From IMG/VR virus record IMGVR_UViG_3300044858_003398: a stretch of 64,000 bases of DNA; one strand, given 5' to 3'. Below, one piece after another: positions 54,361 to 63,838 of this stretch. Within the stretch, counting starts at the first letter, position 1, and each line of letters opens with the position of its first letter. A program made the position numbers and the translations under genes. This DNA is from a virus. A model generated the notes under the pieces. That model was not told the DNA's origin. It worked only from the letters and a program-made list of their open reading frames with translations, and made no database searches.

Positions 54361-55635
54361 TTGAAGACACGAAAAGAGTATGTTCTCTGCGAGAACGAAA
54401 AGGGACGCATCTGGCGGATCTCTAAGCGTCTTTGCCGCATCAAACATGGAGCCGGATTCAGGTTTGTCTCCAAGGTACTACACCTCCACATAGCCGAGAA
54501 TCGCTTCTGGTTCAAGTGGTCGAACATTGGGGCCACTACATCCGTAAAAGAAATCATTTCATTTTCTATTAAGAATGGAAAGATATCAATCACTACACGG
54601 AATAATGCACATCTGCCTGTGCGTGGTGGTTACAATTGCTCATACTCTCAATTATCCAGATTCAAGACTCTAAAGAGGGGAGTTAACGCCAAGATTAATC
54701 GTGTCCTAAACAAAGAGTTTGGTCTTAAATTCAAGATCGGCCAACCTTTCTATGTGAACCTGCTCAATCAGAGATATCCACTATACAACTCTCTATACAA
54801 AGACCCAACCTTCAGTATGGTTAAGGTCTTTAAGAAACCATCAGTAAAAGAGAGTATCAGGTCATATTGCGGATTTGCTGGCAAGAAGTTCTTGGCCAAA
54901 TTATTTCAACTGAGTGAGCCTAGACAATTAGAGGTCTTGGACACTATACGGATGTTCAGGCGGCACTTGACCTTCGGGGAAATTTATACAACAATTCACC
55001 CGGTGACGGGGTTCAAGACCAAGCTAAAACCCCTGATCGGTATCAATCCCTCCTTCTTCAAGAATATCTTCATAGGGAAAGATACGGGCAACGAGGCAGA
55101 GAGAACTAACTTTGCTCTAAGCTTTTCTCCTTGGCGGATCGAAGATACGCTCAAGATGTACACAGAGATTGCCATCACTGTTGACATAGAGTCTACCCCA
55201 TTGGCCCTTTCTAAAGCTAAAAAGCTCAATGAGTATCATGACCAATTGGCCAATTACCACAAGAAACTGAAGTATCAGAATGTGGCATTCAAACCATTAG
55301 AGTTTGATGGGGCTGAACTGGGCGACTTTACAATCCGTACATGTAAGGACTGCCACGAACTAATAGAGTGGTCAACCTATATGGGCAATTGTGTAAGCTC
55401 ATACAGGAGCGAAATCATCGCTGGCAGGGTTGTTATGTGTGGGCTATTCAAAGGCGAGACCCTCGTCTATAATCTATCCCTGACTCCAGTTGGCAAAAAG
55501 TTCCGAATACAACAGCTCAACTGTCGCTATAATAAGGGTTACACATCAGAGGACTACTCTCTGGTTGAATCTTTCTTAGGAGACAGAAATGTTTTATCTG
55601 GACAAAAAAAGACAGTTGGTATTGGATGCGAGTAA
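54361..55635 (+). CDS. PcfJ-like domain protein
   Basis: C-terminal ELIEW...MGNCVSSY. Confidence 0.55.
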   Translation: MKTRKEYVLCENEKGRIWRISKRLCRIKHGAGFRFVSKVLHLHIAENRFWFKWSNIGATTSVKEIISFSIKNGKISITTRNNAHLPVRGGYNCSYSQLSRFKTLKRGVNAKINRVLNKEFGLKFKIGQPFYVNLLNQRYPLYNSLYKDPTFSMVKVFKKPSVKESIRSYCGFAGKKFLAKLFQLSEPRQLEVLDTIRMFRRHLTFGEIYTTIHPVTGFKTKLKPLIGINPSFFKNIFIGKDTGNEAERTNFALSFSPWRIEDTLKMYTEIAITVDIESTPLALSKAKKLNEYHDQLANYHKKLKYQNVAFKPLEFDGAELGDFTIRTCKDCHELIEWSTYMGNCVSSYRSEIIAGRVVMCGLFKGETLVYNLSLTPVGKKFRIQQLNCRYNKGYTSEDYSLVESFLGDRNVLSGQKKTVGIGCE

Positions 55636-55776
55636 GGAGGTCGTGGGAGTTATCCGCGACGGGAAATTCAGCCAAGACTCGCCTATGGTCTTCAGTTATT
55701 ATCGGGGTGGCTTAACGGCCACTCAGCTTGAGCAGGTATCTGAGGCCATCCAAAGAGTCACTATTGCGAGAGCCCG

Positions 55777-56277
55777 ATGATTGAGATGAAGATCTCGGAT
55801 ATCGACATGATGAATGCAAAGTCCCGCAGTGACTTGATGGGAGTCCTCGCCAGTTCCCGGACCCAAGGGAAAGGGAATTTGGCAGGATTTGTCGGAGAAG
55901 CCTTGACAGAAAGGCACACCTCTGGTAAGCTTGTGGAAAGCTACGACTACGACATAGAGATTTGTGATCTGAAGATTGATGTCAAGACAAAGTCTTGCTC
56001 CTCAGAGCCGAAGGCTCACTATCTATGTTCGGTCATGAGCTACCAACTCAAGAACGAATGTGACGGGTATATCTTTGCTAGAGTTAACCTAGCATCTGGA
56101 GTCGGCTGGCTCTTGGGGTATATTAGCAAAGTTGACTTGTTAGACAGGGGGTTCTTCGCCAAGAAGGGTTCCCCGGACGGCAGATTTACTTTTACTGAAG
56201 ATTGTTGGAACGTCCAAATTTCAAATTTGGATAACATACCTTTAAGCGAGCAAAGCCATGATTCCACTGATCAATAG
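55777..56277 (+). CDS. PD-(D/E)xK nuclease-like protein
   Basis: GFVGE...YDYDI...KIDVKTK. Confidence 0.55.
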   Translation: MIEMKISDIDMMNAKSRSDLMGVLASSRTQGKGNLAGFVGEALTERHTSGKLVESYDYDIEICDLKIDVKTKSCSSEPKAHYLCSVMSYQLKNECDGYIFARVNLASGVGWLLGYISKVDLLDRGFFAKKGSPDGRFTFTEDCWNVQISNLDNIPLSEQSHDSTDQ

Positions 56278-57229
56278 AACCCATTACAGCATCCACCGAG
56301 CCTTCTCAAAGCCTAAGGAAATAGCACAGAAGGCCAAAGCTTTAGGTTATGAGGCCGTAGGCCTCTGTGACTTTGGTAATGTCTCTGCCGCCCTCGAATT
56401 CATTGAGGAGTGTAAGTCAGCCAAGATCAAGCCTATTATCGGGTGTGACTTTGGCGAGACTTACGCCTTCTGCAAGAACCTCCAAGGGTGGAAGGATTTA
56501 TTGTCTGTTGTGAACGAATTCTCTATTCATGCCCGCCTCAATCGGGACACCTTAGCTAATTCACCCCACCTTATTTCTTTTACCGGAAAGCTCCCAGACT
56601 GCCGTTATGTCGAAAAAGAGGATGAAGAGTTCTACCGCATTCTGCGGTGCTTAGGACTTAAGATCAAACTGTCCGAACTAACCGAGATAACCTCTGGTTA
56701 CCATATGGTTTCGCCAAGTGAGATCCCCGAGAATCCAATCTATGAGGCCTTCGACCTCGTAGAGGTCTTCGAAATTGCTGCTCCCCCAAAACTCCCCAAA
56801 TTCTCCGATGGGGAAGTTGAGCTACTCTGGACTAAGGTGCGAGCAGGGCTCACTCAACATACAGAGAACTTCGATCCTATCAAGAAGGCCGAGTATGACG
56901 CTCGTGTACGCTACGAGATGAAGGTTATTGAGTTGGCCAATCTATCTGGCTATTTCCTTATTGTATCAGACTTTGTCAATAAGGGTAGAAGTGATGGACA
57001 ATTATGTAGCATAGGAAGAGGAAGTAGTGCTGGCTGCTTAGTTTCTGACCTTATAGGTATTAATCTAGTTGATCCTATGCCTTATGGGCTCTTGTTCAGT
57101 CGCTTCTTTAACGCAGCGCGAGCTTACCCTAAACACTTAAGTTTTGATGAGTATCCCTTTATTGATGAATTCAGAGACTTCGAAGCTATCTACCTGAAAG
57201 AGTTGGAGACTATTCATGCCAAAGTTTGA
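56258..57229 (+). CDS. dnaE: DNA polymerase III alpha, N-terminal part only (PHP + start of palm)
   Basis: THYS, KPIIG, YFLIVSDF, GRGSSAGCLV...DP..YGLLFSRFFN; ends before PDID. Confidence 0.85.
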   Translation: MIPLINRTHYSIHRAFSKPKEIAQKAKALGYEAVGLCDFGNVSAALEFIEECKSAKIKPIIGCDFGETYAFCKNLQGWKDLLSVVNEFSIHARLNRDTLANSPHLISFTGKLPDCRYVEKEDEEFYRILRCLGLKIKLSELTEITSGYHMVSPSEIPENPIYEAFDLVEVFEIAAPPKLPKFSDGEVELLWTKVRAGLTQHTENFDPIKKAEYDARVRYEMKVIELANLSGYFLIVSDFVNKGRSDGQLCSIGRGSSAGCLVSDLIGINLVDPMPYGLLFSRFFNAARAYPKHLSFDEYPFIDEFRDFEAIYLKELETIHAKV

Positions 57230-57479
57230 AGTATGGATGGAAGGATACCTCGCTACTGGTATGGAGGGAGTCCCAAGTGTCCCCGATAGGATTGCAATTG
57301 TTGAAGCTGATTCTTTCCAAGCTGCTTGCGATATCGTTGGAGCTAGAAAGAAATGGTCTTCACTCTATGACAAAGAGACGCGATCAATGTGGGGATGCAG
57401 ACTCTACCCAACACTAGAAGAGGCCATCGATCTCTTTAAGGACTACAAATACCGACATCCTCCTACGTATAGTGAGTAA
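57216..57479 (+). CDS. hypothetical protein
   Basis: GGAG RBS. Confidence 0.6.
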   Translation: MPKFEVWMEGYLATGMEGVPSVPDRIAIVEADSFQAACDIVGARKKWSSLYDKETRSMWGCRLYPTLEEAIDLFKDYKYRHPPTYSE

Positions 57480-57819
57480 TATGATGAATCTTGTGAAACA
57501 GCCAACTAGCACGACCTGTGGTCAGTGTTGTATAGCTATGCTACTAGACGTAAGCCTAGAAGAAGCTATCAAAATGGTAGGGCATGATGGCATATCATCA
57601 GATGAAGATATGCTTAAGCAGATTTTCGAGAGATACACGAAATACCATCATTACCTTTTCAAGGTGGGCCAGCCTCCAGATGATATTGTTGCTTTAGTTA
57701 AGCATAGAGAGCCAAATGGGGTTCGCGAACACTGGACAATCTCCTATTATGGGCAGATTTTAGATCCGGCTTGTAAGAAGAAACTATGGCCAGTTTTAAA
57801 GTGGGTGAAAGCGAGATAA
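57472..57819 (+). CDS. C39-like cysteine peptidase
   Basis: Q....TCGQCCIAM, EHW, ILDP. Confidence 0.7.
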   Translation: MSNMMNLVKQPTSTTCGQCCIAMLLDVSLEEAIKMVGHDGISSDEDMLKQIFERYTKYHHYLFKVGQPPDDIVALVKHREPNGVREHWTISYYGQILDPACKKKLWPVLKWVKAR

Positions 57820-57980
57820 TGAAAATCATCACACATCCAGATAATGAGAAGCATTTTGAGCAAATTCGCGAGGATTTTACTAAGAGGGCTGATGCTTGTG
57901 GAATCAGGGCAGCAAAAATAACCGGATTCGACATCATCTTGAACTAACTAATTCCCCCAGAAAAACCCAGTAAAACAGAC

Positions 57981-58226
57981 ATGAATTTCGTAGAAGATAG
58001 TATCGAACAAATAACTAGGTTATATTATCAAACATCAGAGATGCTCCTAAAAAAGCTAGGATGCAACATGGATAATATCCATGAATTCGAAATCAAACAG
58101 AAGATAGGATTCAACGAACCGAGAGAATTCTGGAAGAATGGACGGAAGGCCGGAGAAGTCTCTGTCAAAACTAACATAAGTGATTCAGGCATTACTTTTA
58201 CCGTGACGGCAGAAATAGTCTCTTAG
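57981..58226 (+). CDS. hypothetical protein
   Basis: ORF track. Confidence 0.5.
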   Translation: MNFVEDSIEQITRLYYQTSEMLLKKLGCNMDNIHEFEIKQKIGFNEPREFWKNGRKAGEVSVKTNISDSGITFTVTAEIVS

Positions 58227-58235
58227 GGGTCGAAT

Positions 58236-58661
58236 ATGAACAAGATTAGATTTCCAATCGGTGACTGGTCAGATGACGGTCATGGAAAATGTGATTATTT
58301 CTTTGTCACTACGCCTCTATCGGCTCAGGATGTAAGAGAGGCACACTTTGCCGCACCATCAGTAATAGGCTTTGACATAGGCTGTCTATATGCGAAGTAT
58401 AGAGAAGGATCTCTATCCCAAGAAATTGAAAATAAGATTTCAGAAATATTGCCAGATACTTCTGGGCTCAAATATGACTGGCGAGAGGAAGATTTGTCTC
58501 CACCAGAAAGTCTTTTCTTCCTCTGGATCTCTCTGCTTAACGAGATCAATCCAGCACTAGAGCTTACACCAATGGTGTCCGACTATGAGGACATCAACTT
58601 CTATGGGTTTGATGATAAGGGCAGACATCTAAAAACTCCCGGATATGGATTATTTGAATGA
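58236..58661 (+). CDS. conserved phage hypothetical protein
   Basis: IGDWSDDGHG...GYGLF. Confidence 0.65.
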   Translation: MNKIRFPIGDWSDDGHGKCDYFFVTTPLSAQDVREAHFAAPSVIGFDIGCLYAKYREGSLSQEIENKISEILPDTSGLKYDWREEDLSPPESLFFLWISLLNEINPALELTPMVSDYEDINFYGFDDKGRHLKTPGYGLFE

Positions 58662-58839
58662 GTCTTTCACAAACTGAAATGCGTAACTTACATGACGAGA
58701 GTCACAAAGTCTATTACCATCCAAAAATTGGCCTATACACTGTCCACTGGATCGAGACTGGGAACAATGATATTCCAGTGATCTGCCCGATCTATCTCAG
58801 AGATATTGATAGGCATTTGGGAGCTAGGGAATAAACAAA

Positions 58840-59061
58840 ATGGCTAGTTGGAGAACATCACTAATTTTGGCCGATCTTCTTAAGATAGTTGAGCGGGTCG
58901 ATACTGTAGATGGCAGGCACACTGTTATTTGTAAGCCCGGAGACTATGAAGAAATTGTAGCCTCTCTGGAAGAATTGAATAGATGGAAGGATAATGCGGC
59001 GACCTACTCGCCCCCAGTGTCCATTGCTGGAGTATTCTTTAAGCCTTCGGAGCGACAATGA
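58840..59061 (+). CDS. hypothetical protein
   Basis: ORF track. Confidence 0.5.
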   Translation: MASWRTSLILADLLKIVERVDTVDGRHTVICKPGDYEEIVASLEELNRWKDNAATYSPPVSIAGVFFKPSERQ

Positions 59062-59522
59062 GTAATTACCTCTTTCTTGATGTGGACGGCGTCCTTAATA
59101 ACTTCCTCTCCGAGGACGACTACTTCAACGAGTTCAACATGAGCTGTCTGCGACAGCTCTGTGAGACAATAGATTTTAAAATTGTGCTCAGTTCGGACTG
59201 GAGAAGGCTCCCAAAGAATAAGGCTAGAGTTCGTTCCGAACTCAGGCACGCAGGGCTTGAGTTATACAGTTGTACACCGACCCACACCTTCGGCGGCAAC
59301 CGTAAAGATGAAATCAAAGATTGGCTAAAAGAAGATCCAGAGGTTTGGAATAGTTTTTCTGGTCTAATACTGGATGATATGGGTCCAGACGAGTGCGATC
59401 CGAAATTACCCAACCTTCTCTTTTACCGAACCGATTACAAGCTTGGCCTAACCGAACAGGACGTTGACATTATCTTGGAGAAATTAAATGGGGCTTCGCC
59501 TAGAGGATCATATGACTCCTAA
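59058..59522 (+). CDS. HAD phosphatase (RNA-repair HAD type)
   Basis: FLDVDGVLN, IVLSSDWR, ILDD. Confidence 0.8.
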   Translation: MSNYLFLDVDGVLNNFLSEDDYFNEFNMSCLRQLCETIDFKIVLSSDWRRLPKNKARVRSELRHAGLELYSCTPTHTFGGNRKDEIKDWLKEDPEVWNSFSGLILDDMGPDECDPKLPNLLFYRTDYKLGLTEQDVDIILEKLNGASPRGSYDS

Positions 59523-60123
59523 AACATCACTTGAGTACATTGAAAAGACGGCCAACGACCTTGGCGTAGCCCACATTGCCAATGAAGTTATTGGCGATGG
59601 TAGGTTTTACCTATGGTCTGGCTCCTCACGTAGGGAGCAGCATCACTATGGAAAGCATGGACTGGTTAGACATACCGCCGAAGTAATTCAGCTATGCCTA
59701 GCGAATGATGCAATACTTGGTTGCGGCATGAGTCAGAGAGAGTTATTCTTGGCTGCATTGTTCCATGACTGTGGAAAAATGTGGGACTATGGGCCTAGCG
59801 GCCCTGAGAGCAGTCCTAATTATGATACATGGATTTCTATGCCTCACAAGCGAAGCATTCATCATATCAGCCGTTCTGCAATTCAATGGAACCTTGCCGC
59901 CGAAAAATGGGGCTTGGCTAAGCCAGCCACTATAGAGGATTTTGTTAAGTCAATTGATGTGGATGAAATCACACATGCTATTCTGGCCCATCATGGGCAG
60001 CGAGCTTGGGGAAGCCCAGTTGCTCCTAAGAGTGGATTAGCTTGGATGTTGCACCTATGTGATGGGATATCGGCAAGAATGGATGACTGTGATAGTTGGG
60101 ACCCATACTCTGGAGCGAAATAG
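59512..60123 (+). CDS. HD-domain hydrolase (YhaM-like)
   Basis: HH...GL.RHT, FHDCGK, AHHG, LHLCD.ISA. Confidence 0.8.
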   Translation: MTPKTSLEYIEKTANDLGVAHIANEVIGDGRFYLWSGSSRREQHHYGKHGLVRHTAEVIQLCLANDAILGCGMSQRELFLAALFHDCGKMWDYGPSGPESSPNYDTWISMPHKRSIHHISRSAIQWNLAAEKWGLAKPATIEDFVKSIDVDEITHAILAHHGQRAWGSPVAPKSGLAWMLHLCDGISARMDDCDSWDPYSGAK

Positions 60124-60153
60124 AGTGGCATTTGCCACTCCTGAAAGAACAAA

Positions 60154-60381
60154 ATGATCAACTTAGTCTTGACGTGTCTTGCAATTGTGCTACCATACAT
60201 CACGTATCTTGGAGTCAAAGCCGCCTACCAAAACGGTGTGACGGACGGGTATGGTTACTCGAAAGAACCAAATAACCCCGGATATCAAGAAGCCGGACGT
60301 TACTTGCGTAGCACAATGTACCACAGGTGGTCTGAATTGCGAAAGGATAAGTCGTGTACATCATCGGATCTAGAGCCCTAA
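60154..60381 (+). CDS. small membrane protein
   Basis: N-terminal TM. Confidence 0.5.
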   Translation: MINLVLTCLAIVLPYITYLGVKAAYQNGVTDGYGYSKEPNNPGYQEAGRYLRSTMYHRWSELRKDKSCTSSDLEP

Positions 60382-61199
60382 ACTGCTACGCTTCACGAAG
60401 CGTCGAAGGAAAAGATTGGGACTTCGTCCTAGAGGGCGAAGCCCTCAAACAGTCTCAAGACTGCGATTTAGCTCCGCAGGAGCTTTGTACGCTGGAGGTT
60501 TGTCGAGCCTTCGGTACTGGACTCACCACAGATACACCATATGGGGAAGCTAAGCTTCCTAGCTTAACAGCCCTAATGCTGATTAAGCGGAGCCACCTTC
60601 ATAGACCCCTCGGTTTCGAAAAGAACATCCGAGACTATCATGAGATGAAATCAATCGGCATCTCATATGACAGGCTGAACCATATTGAACGGGCTAAATA
60701 CGACGAACTTCTTAAGAAGCTCACCAAGCAGACTAAGGACCTCTACGGAGATAGGGTCCCATCTCTAAAAAAATCCAAGTCGGAATTCTTCGATGATTAT
60801 GTCACTAAGGTCTTCGACCATGATGAGATTCACGCGGCGACATGCTACGGCGACCATCCCATCTTCGAAAGGCTGAAGCCTTCGGGGGATGAGTCGGTCT
60901 GGTGTTCTAAGTCTTTGTGGGATGGCCTAAGCCACCAAGACAAGATCAGATGTGTAAGAGAAGAAGCGTTCGTAATTGCTCTCGAACGCTTCATAATTCC
61001 GCAGATTATAATTGACAAACCACACAGAAGTGCTAAGATGAGCTTCGGTTTGGCAGTAAGTAAAATTTGTACGACTCTCTGTTCGGGCTGGTTCAGAGAT
61101 TTCGCTATTGAAAACTGGCCTCAGGTTATGGAATACGAATTAGACTTTTTGGAGAAATTTCATGAGCACTTTGATAAACGACTTGCGAAAAGCAATTAA
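60354..61199 (+). CDS. putative nucleotidyltransferase-fold protein
   Basis: IIGSRAL...DWD (GS-x-DxD). Confidence 0.5.
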   Translation: MYIIGSRALNCYASRSVEGKDWDFVLEGEALKQSQDCDLAPQELCTLEVCRAFGTGLTTDTPYGEAKLPSLTALMLIKRSHLHRPLGFEKNIRDYHEMKSIGISYDRLNHIERAKYDELLKKLTKQTKDLYGDRVPSLKKSKSEFFDDYVTKVFDHDEIHAATCYGDHPIFERLKPSGDESVWCSKSLWDGLSHQDKIRCVREEAFVIALERFIIPQIIIDKPHRSAKMSFGLAVSKICTTLCSGWFRDFAIENWPQVMEYELDFLEKFHEHFDKRLAKSN

Positions 61200-61515
61200 A
61201 TCCTCTGGTGAGGATTGGAGAGATCCAGCAAATGAAATGTTCAGTGGGGATACTCCATCTGCCAAATATTACCCAATCATCAAAGAGCTAAATGATCTAG
61301 GATTCGAGTTCCGTGCGGAAGATCACTACGGTGGCGAAGGGCAGGGAGAAGAGTATTGGTCGGTCGTGAAAGTTTCTAGGAACGACGAAACCGCCTTTAT
61401 CAAGTTCACCGGCTGGTATGCTTCCTTTGCGGGTTCTGAAATGTCTCATGGTGTCGAAGAGTTCACCGAGGTCAAGAAAGTTCCGGTTGAATCTTACGAG
61501 TGGGAAGAACAATGA
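61162..61515 (+). CDS. conserved phage hypothetical protein
   Basis: YGGEGQGEEYW.V...GWYAS..G. Confidence 0.65.
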   Translation: MSTLINDLRKAIKSSGEDWRDPANEMFSGDTPSAKYYPIIKELNDLGFEFRAEDHYGGEGQGEEYWSVVKVSRNDETAFIKFTGWYASFAGSEMSHGVEEFTEVKKVPVESYEWEEQ

Positions 61516-61955
61516 TCGGCAACGCATACCAGCTTGGCTATCTCTCCATCCTAGTTATCAATAGGATTAGGGATATCTACATAGTTGCCCTTCAAAAGAG
61601 CGTAGTTGGTACGATTGCCCAGTTCCCCTTTGTGCCAATCCATAAGTCAGTCATGGAAGAGTTCGTGGAGTCCGCAAGACTCATTGGGACAGGGGTTCCA
61701 TCCCCTATCGAGGAAAGCTTCAAATTGTGGGAGAGATACGGGAGTGCCTACTTCACCATACCTCCAGAGGAAATATGGAGTATTGGGATATCCCTCCTTA
61801 GCGAGGGAAAGGATCTGCAGGATTTTAATAAGGGTGAATATTTCCTATTCCCACCAGTCTTCCCGGCCACTAGGGACGTCCTGCCTGATTTTGAAGGGGT
61901 GGCGGGTATTGTGGATCATAAGATTGGCGAAAAATCCAGCGTAGTCAGTAATTAG
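61512..61955 (+). CDS. hypothetical protein
   Basis: ATGA coupling. Confidence 0.55.
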   Translation: MIGNAYQLGYLSILVINRIRDIYIVALQKSVVGTIAQFPFVPIHKSVMEEFVESARLIGTGVPSPIEESFKLWERYGSAYFTIPPEEIWSIGISLLSEGKDLQDFNKGEYFLFPPVFPATRDVLPDFEGVAGIVDHKIGEKSSVVSN

Positions 61956-61966
61956 GGGGCGAAGCC

Positions 61967-62452
61967 ATGAAGTTTCAGATCAGTAAAAGAGAATTGTTCG
62001 AAGTAATCCCGTCTCCTGAACTCTGCCAATTTTGGGAGAAGGGGCCTAGGGGTGAGACGTGGTGGAAGGCAGAGAACCAATTCTTTAGCTCTGAAGCAAT
62101 AGGTGGATCTCTTGAAGATGCTATCCTACACCTTATGCTAGAGATTCAGAGCATTGCTGGTATCACTATCTATGTGGGCCTAGTGGCCCGAGAGGATGGT
62201 TGGTATAAGGCCGGAACCGAAGCCCTCGAATATGAAGGCATGAGAAGAATTACCTTGTCGGAATATCTAGAAGCTCTTAAGAGTGACACCTTACTTCTTC
62301 GTGGAACTAGGATTAAGGAGAACGAATCTGAGTCTAAGAGTGTCAAAATTGGCGAAGTCTATTTCGACGGGGAACAATGTTCTATAGATGAATTCGATAT
62401 CTATTTTACTACAGAGCCCATATACCTAGAGGCGAAGCCATGTACTACATAA
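61967..62452 (+). CDS. hypothetical protein
   Basis: GGCGAAGCC before ATG. Confidence 0.6.
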   Translation: MKFQISKRELFEVIPSPELCQFWEKGPRGETWWKAENQFFSSEAIGGSLEDAILHLMLEIQSIAGITIYVGLVAREDGWYKAGTEALEYEGMRRITLSEYLEALKSDTLLLRGTRIKENESESKSVKIGEVYFDGEQCSIDEFDIYFTTEPIYLEAKPCTT

Positions 62453-62745
62453 CCGTATACCATATCGACAACGATGGAAAAATCACCAAGTATGATGGTG
62501 GTACTGATTCATATAACAAGAATAGTAACAGCTATGTAGACCCAGCAAATGCTCTCTCCACCTTTTGGAAGTATGAGCATTTTTCGGAATGTGATGGATG
62601 GGATTGGGCAATGACCCCAGAAGAATTCAATGCGAAATTCGCAGAGGGGATTAGAATCCTCTATATGGATTTCATACCACAGTATGGGTTCAGGGGTACA
62701 TCTTTGGTAGAAGTCCAGCTAGATAGGGTTGGTCATGAGGAATGA
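62440..62745 (+). CDS. hypothetical protein
   Basis: GGCGAAGCC before ATG. Confidence 0.6.
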   Translation: MYYITVYHIDNDGKITKYDGGTDSYNKNSNSYVDPANALSTFWKYEHFSECDGWDWAMTPEEFNAKFAEGIRILYMDFIPQYGFRGTSLVEVQLDRVGHEE

Positions 62746-63037
62746 CTGGGAAAAATCCCCGAACGACCGAAAAGAGGAGGCATTTCATGCCTCGGATGAG
62801 ACTAGAGCTAGGGCTAAACCAAAGAAGGTTGATAAGCCTTTTCTTGTAGAAACACGATACACGCAAGTCAAGTATGTGCCGCTATTCTTCCTAACGGAAT
62901 GGCATGGCAACAGAAGGTATGAGACTCTTGAAGCTGCTCAAGTGTATGCCAAGAAGCTAAGCCGAGAGGTCATGTCTGATCGAAGAGAAGTCAGAATTAT
63001 CGATTTACGCGAGGGAACCGAGTATGCTGTGGATTAA
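62735..63037 (+). CDS. hypothetical protein
   Basis: overlapping operon. Confidence 0.55.
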   Translation: MRNDWEKSPNDRKEEAFHASDETRARAKPKKVDKPFLVETRYTQVKYVPLFFLTEWHGNRRYETLEAAQVYAKKLSREVMSDRREVRIIDLREGTEYAVD

Positions 63038-63221
63038 AGACCCACAAAAGTGGGACAAGCTGTCGCTCGTAGAACGATTGGAGGCCTTGAGGCTCCACTA
63101 TTGCACTGGTCCATGTGGCCAGTCTATGAGTGTCATGATGACACGCTCGGCTACAAATATAGCCCTTAAAGAAGCAATTATGTCAATTAACCTATGGGAG
63201 CCACTTGATGACACTAAATGA
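63024..63221 (+). CDS. hypothetical protein
   Basis: overlapping operon. Confidence 0.5.
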   Translation: MLWIKDPQKWDKLSLVERLEALRLHYCTGPCGQSMSVMMTRSATNIALKEAIMSINLWEPLDDTK

Positions 63222-63435
63222 GCTATTCGCACAATGCAAAGAACTAGTCGAAGCCGGTCTTGGTGATTGTAAAGTCATCAAGGCTACCGATGATGAGGGT
63301 AACTCTTTCATCCCAGCAGAAGGTATTCAAGAAGACTTAGCGACTGGTGGCCCATACTATTTCGAGGTGAAGGCAGAAGAGGACTATGACGAATATGAAG
63401 AAGACGAACTCCAAAGAATCATTACCGTCTGGTGA
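63208..63435 (+). CDS. hypothetical protein
   Basis: DDEGNSF motif. Confidence 0.55.
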   Translation: MTLNELFAQCKELVEAGLGDCKVIKATDDEGNSFIPAEGIQEDLATGGPYYFEVKAEEDYDEYEEDELQRIITVW

Positions 63436-63838
63436 TTACACACTCACCATCAATAAAGAGCAGGCTCGCATTATATGTGAAGCCCTAGAGGCTTACTCAC
63501 GCCTAAAACATGGGCAGATTGACGAACTACGCAATCTCTTTCGTGACCGCTGGTGCAAGCCTAACGGCTCATTCAATTGGAATTCAGAGTACCTATTTGA
63601 CGCTCTTAAGAGCGTCATCTTTCCGGAGTTGGAGAAGAATGCCTCTTATGGGGTTGGCAATAAGATATATCCGGAAAGCACTGTAGCTTGGGATATAATG
63701 CAGGTGCTTCGCCATAGGCTGGCGTGGGACCGATTGAGGGCTGAAGGCCGAGATCAGCCAGAATACTGGGGGGTCCAATATAATGTACCAATGAGGTTCG
63801 GAAGTGAGCCATTAGCTCAAATCGAGGCGAAGCCATGA
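63386..63838 (+). CDS. hypothetical protein
   Basis: ends EAKP, overlapping the next start. Confidence 0.55.
   Translation: MTNMKKTNSKESLPSGDYTLTINKEQARIICEALEAYSRLKHGQIDELRNLFRDRWCKPNGSFNWNSEYLFDALKSVIFPELEKNASYGVGNKIYPESTVAWDIMQVLRHRLAWDRLRAEGRDQPEYWGVQYNVPMRFGSEPLAQIEAKP

Noticed and set aside
57100-57479. Frameshift continuation of dnaE
   Set aside because: The downstream ORFs show no PDID or other DnaE motif, and 57216-57479 has its own RBS.
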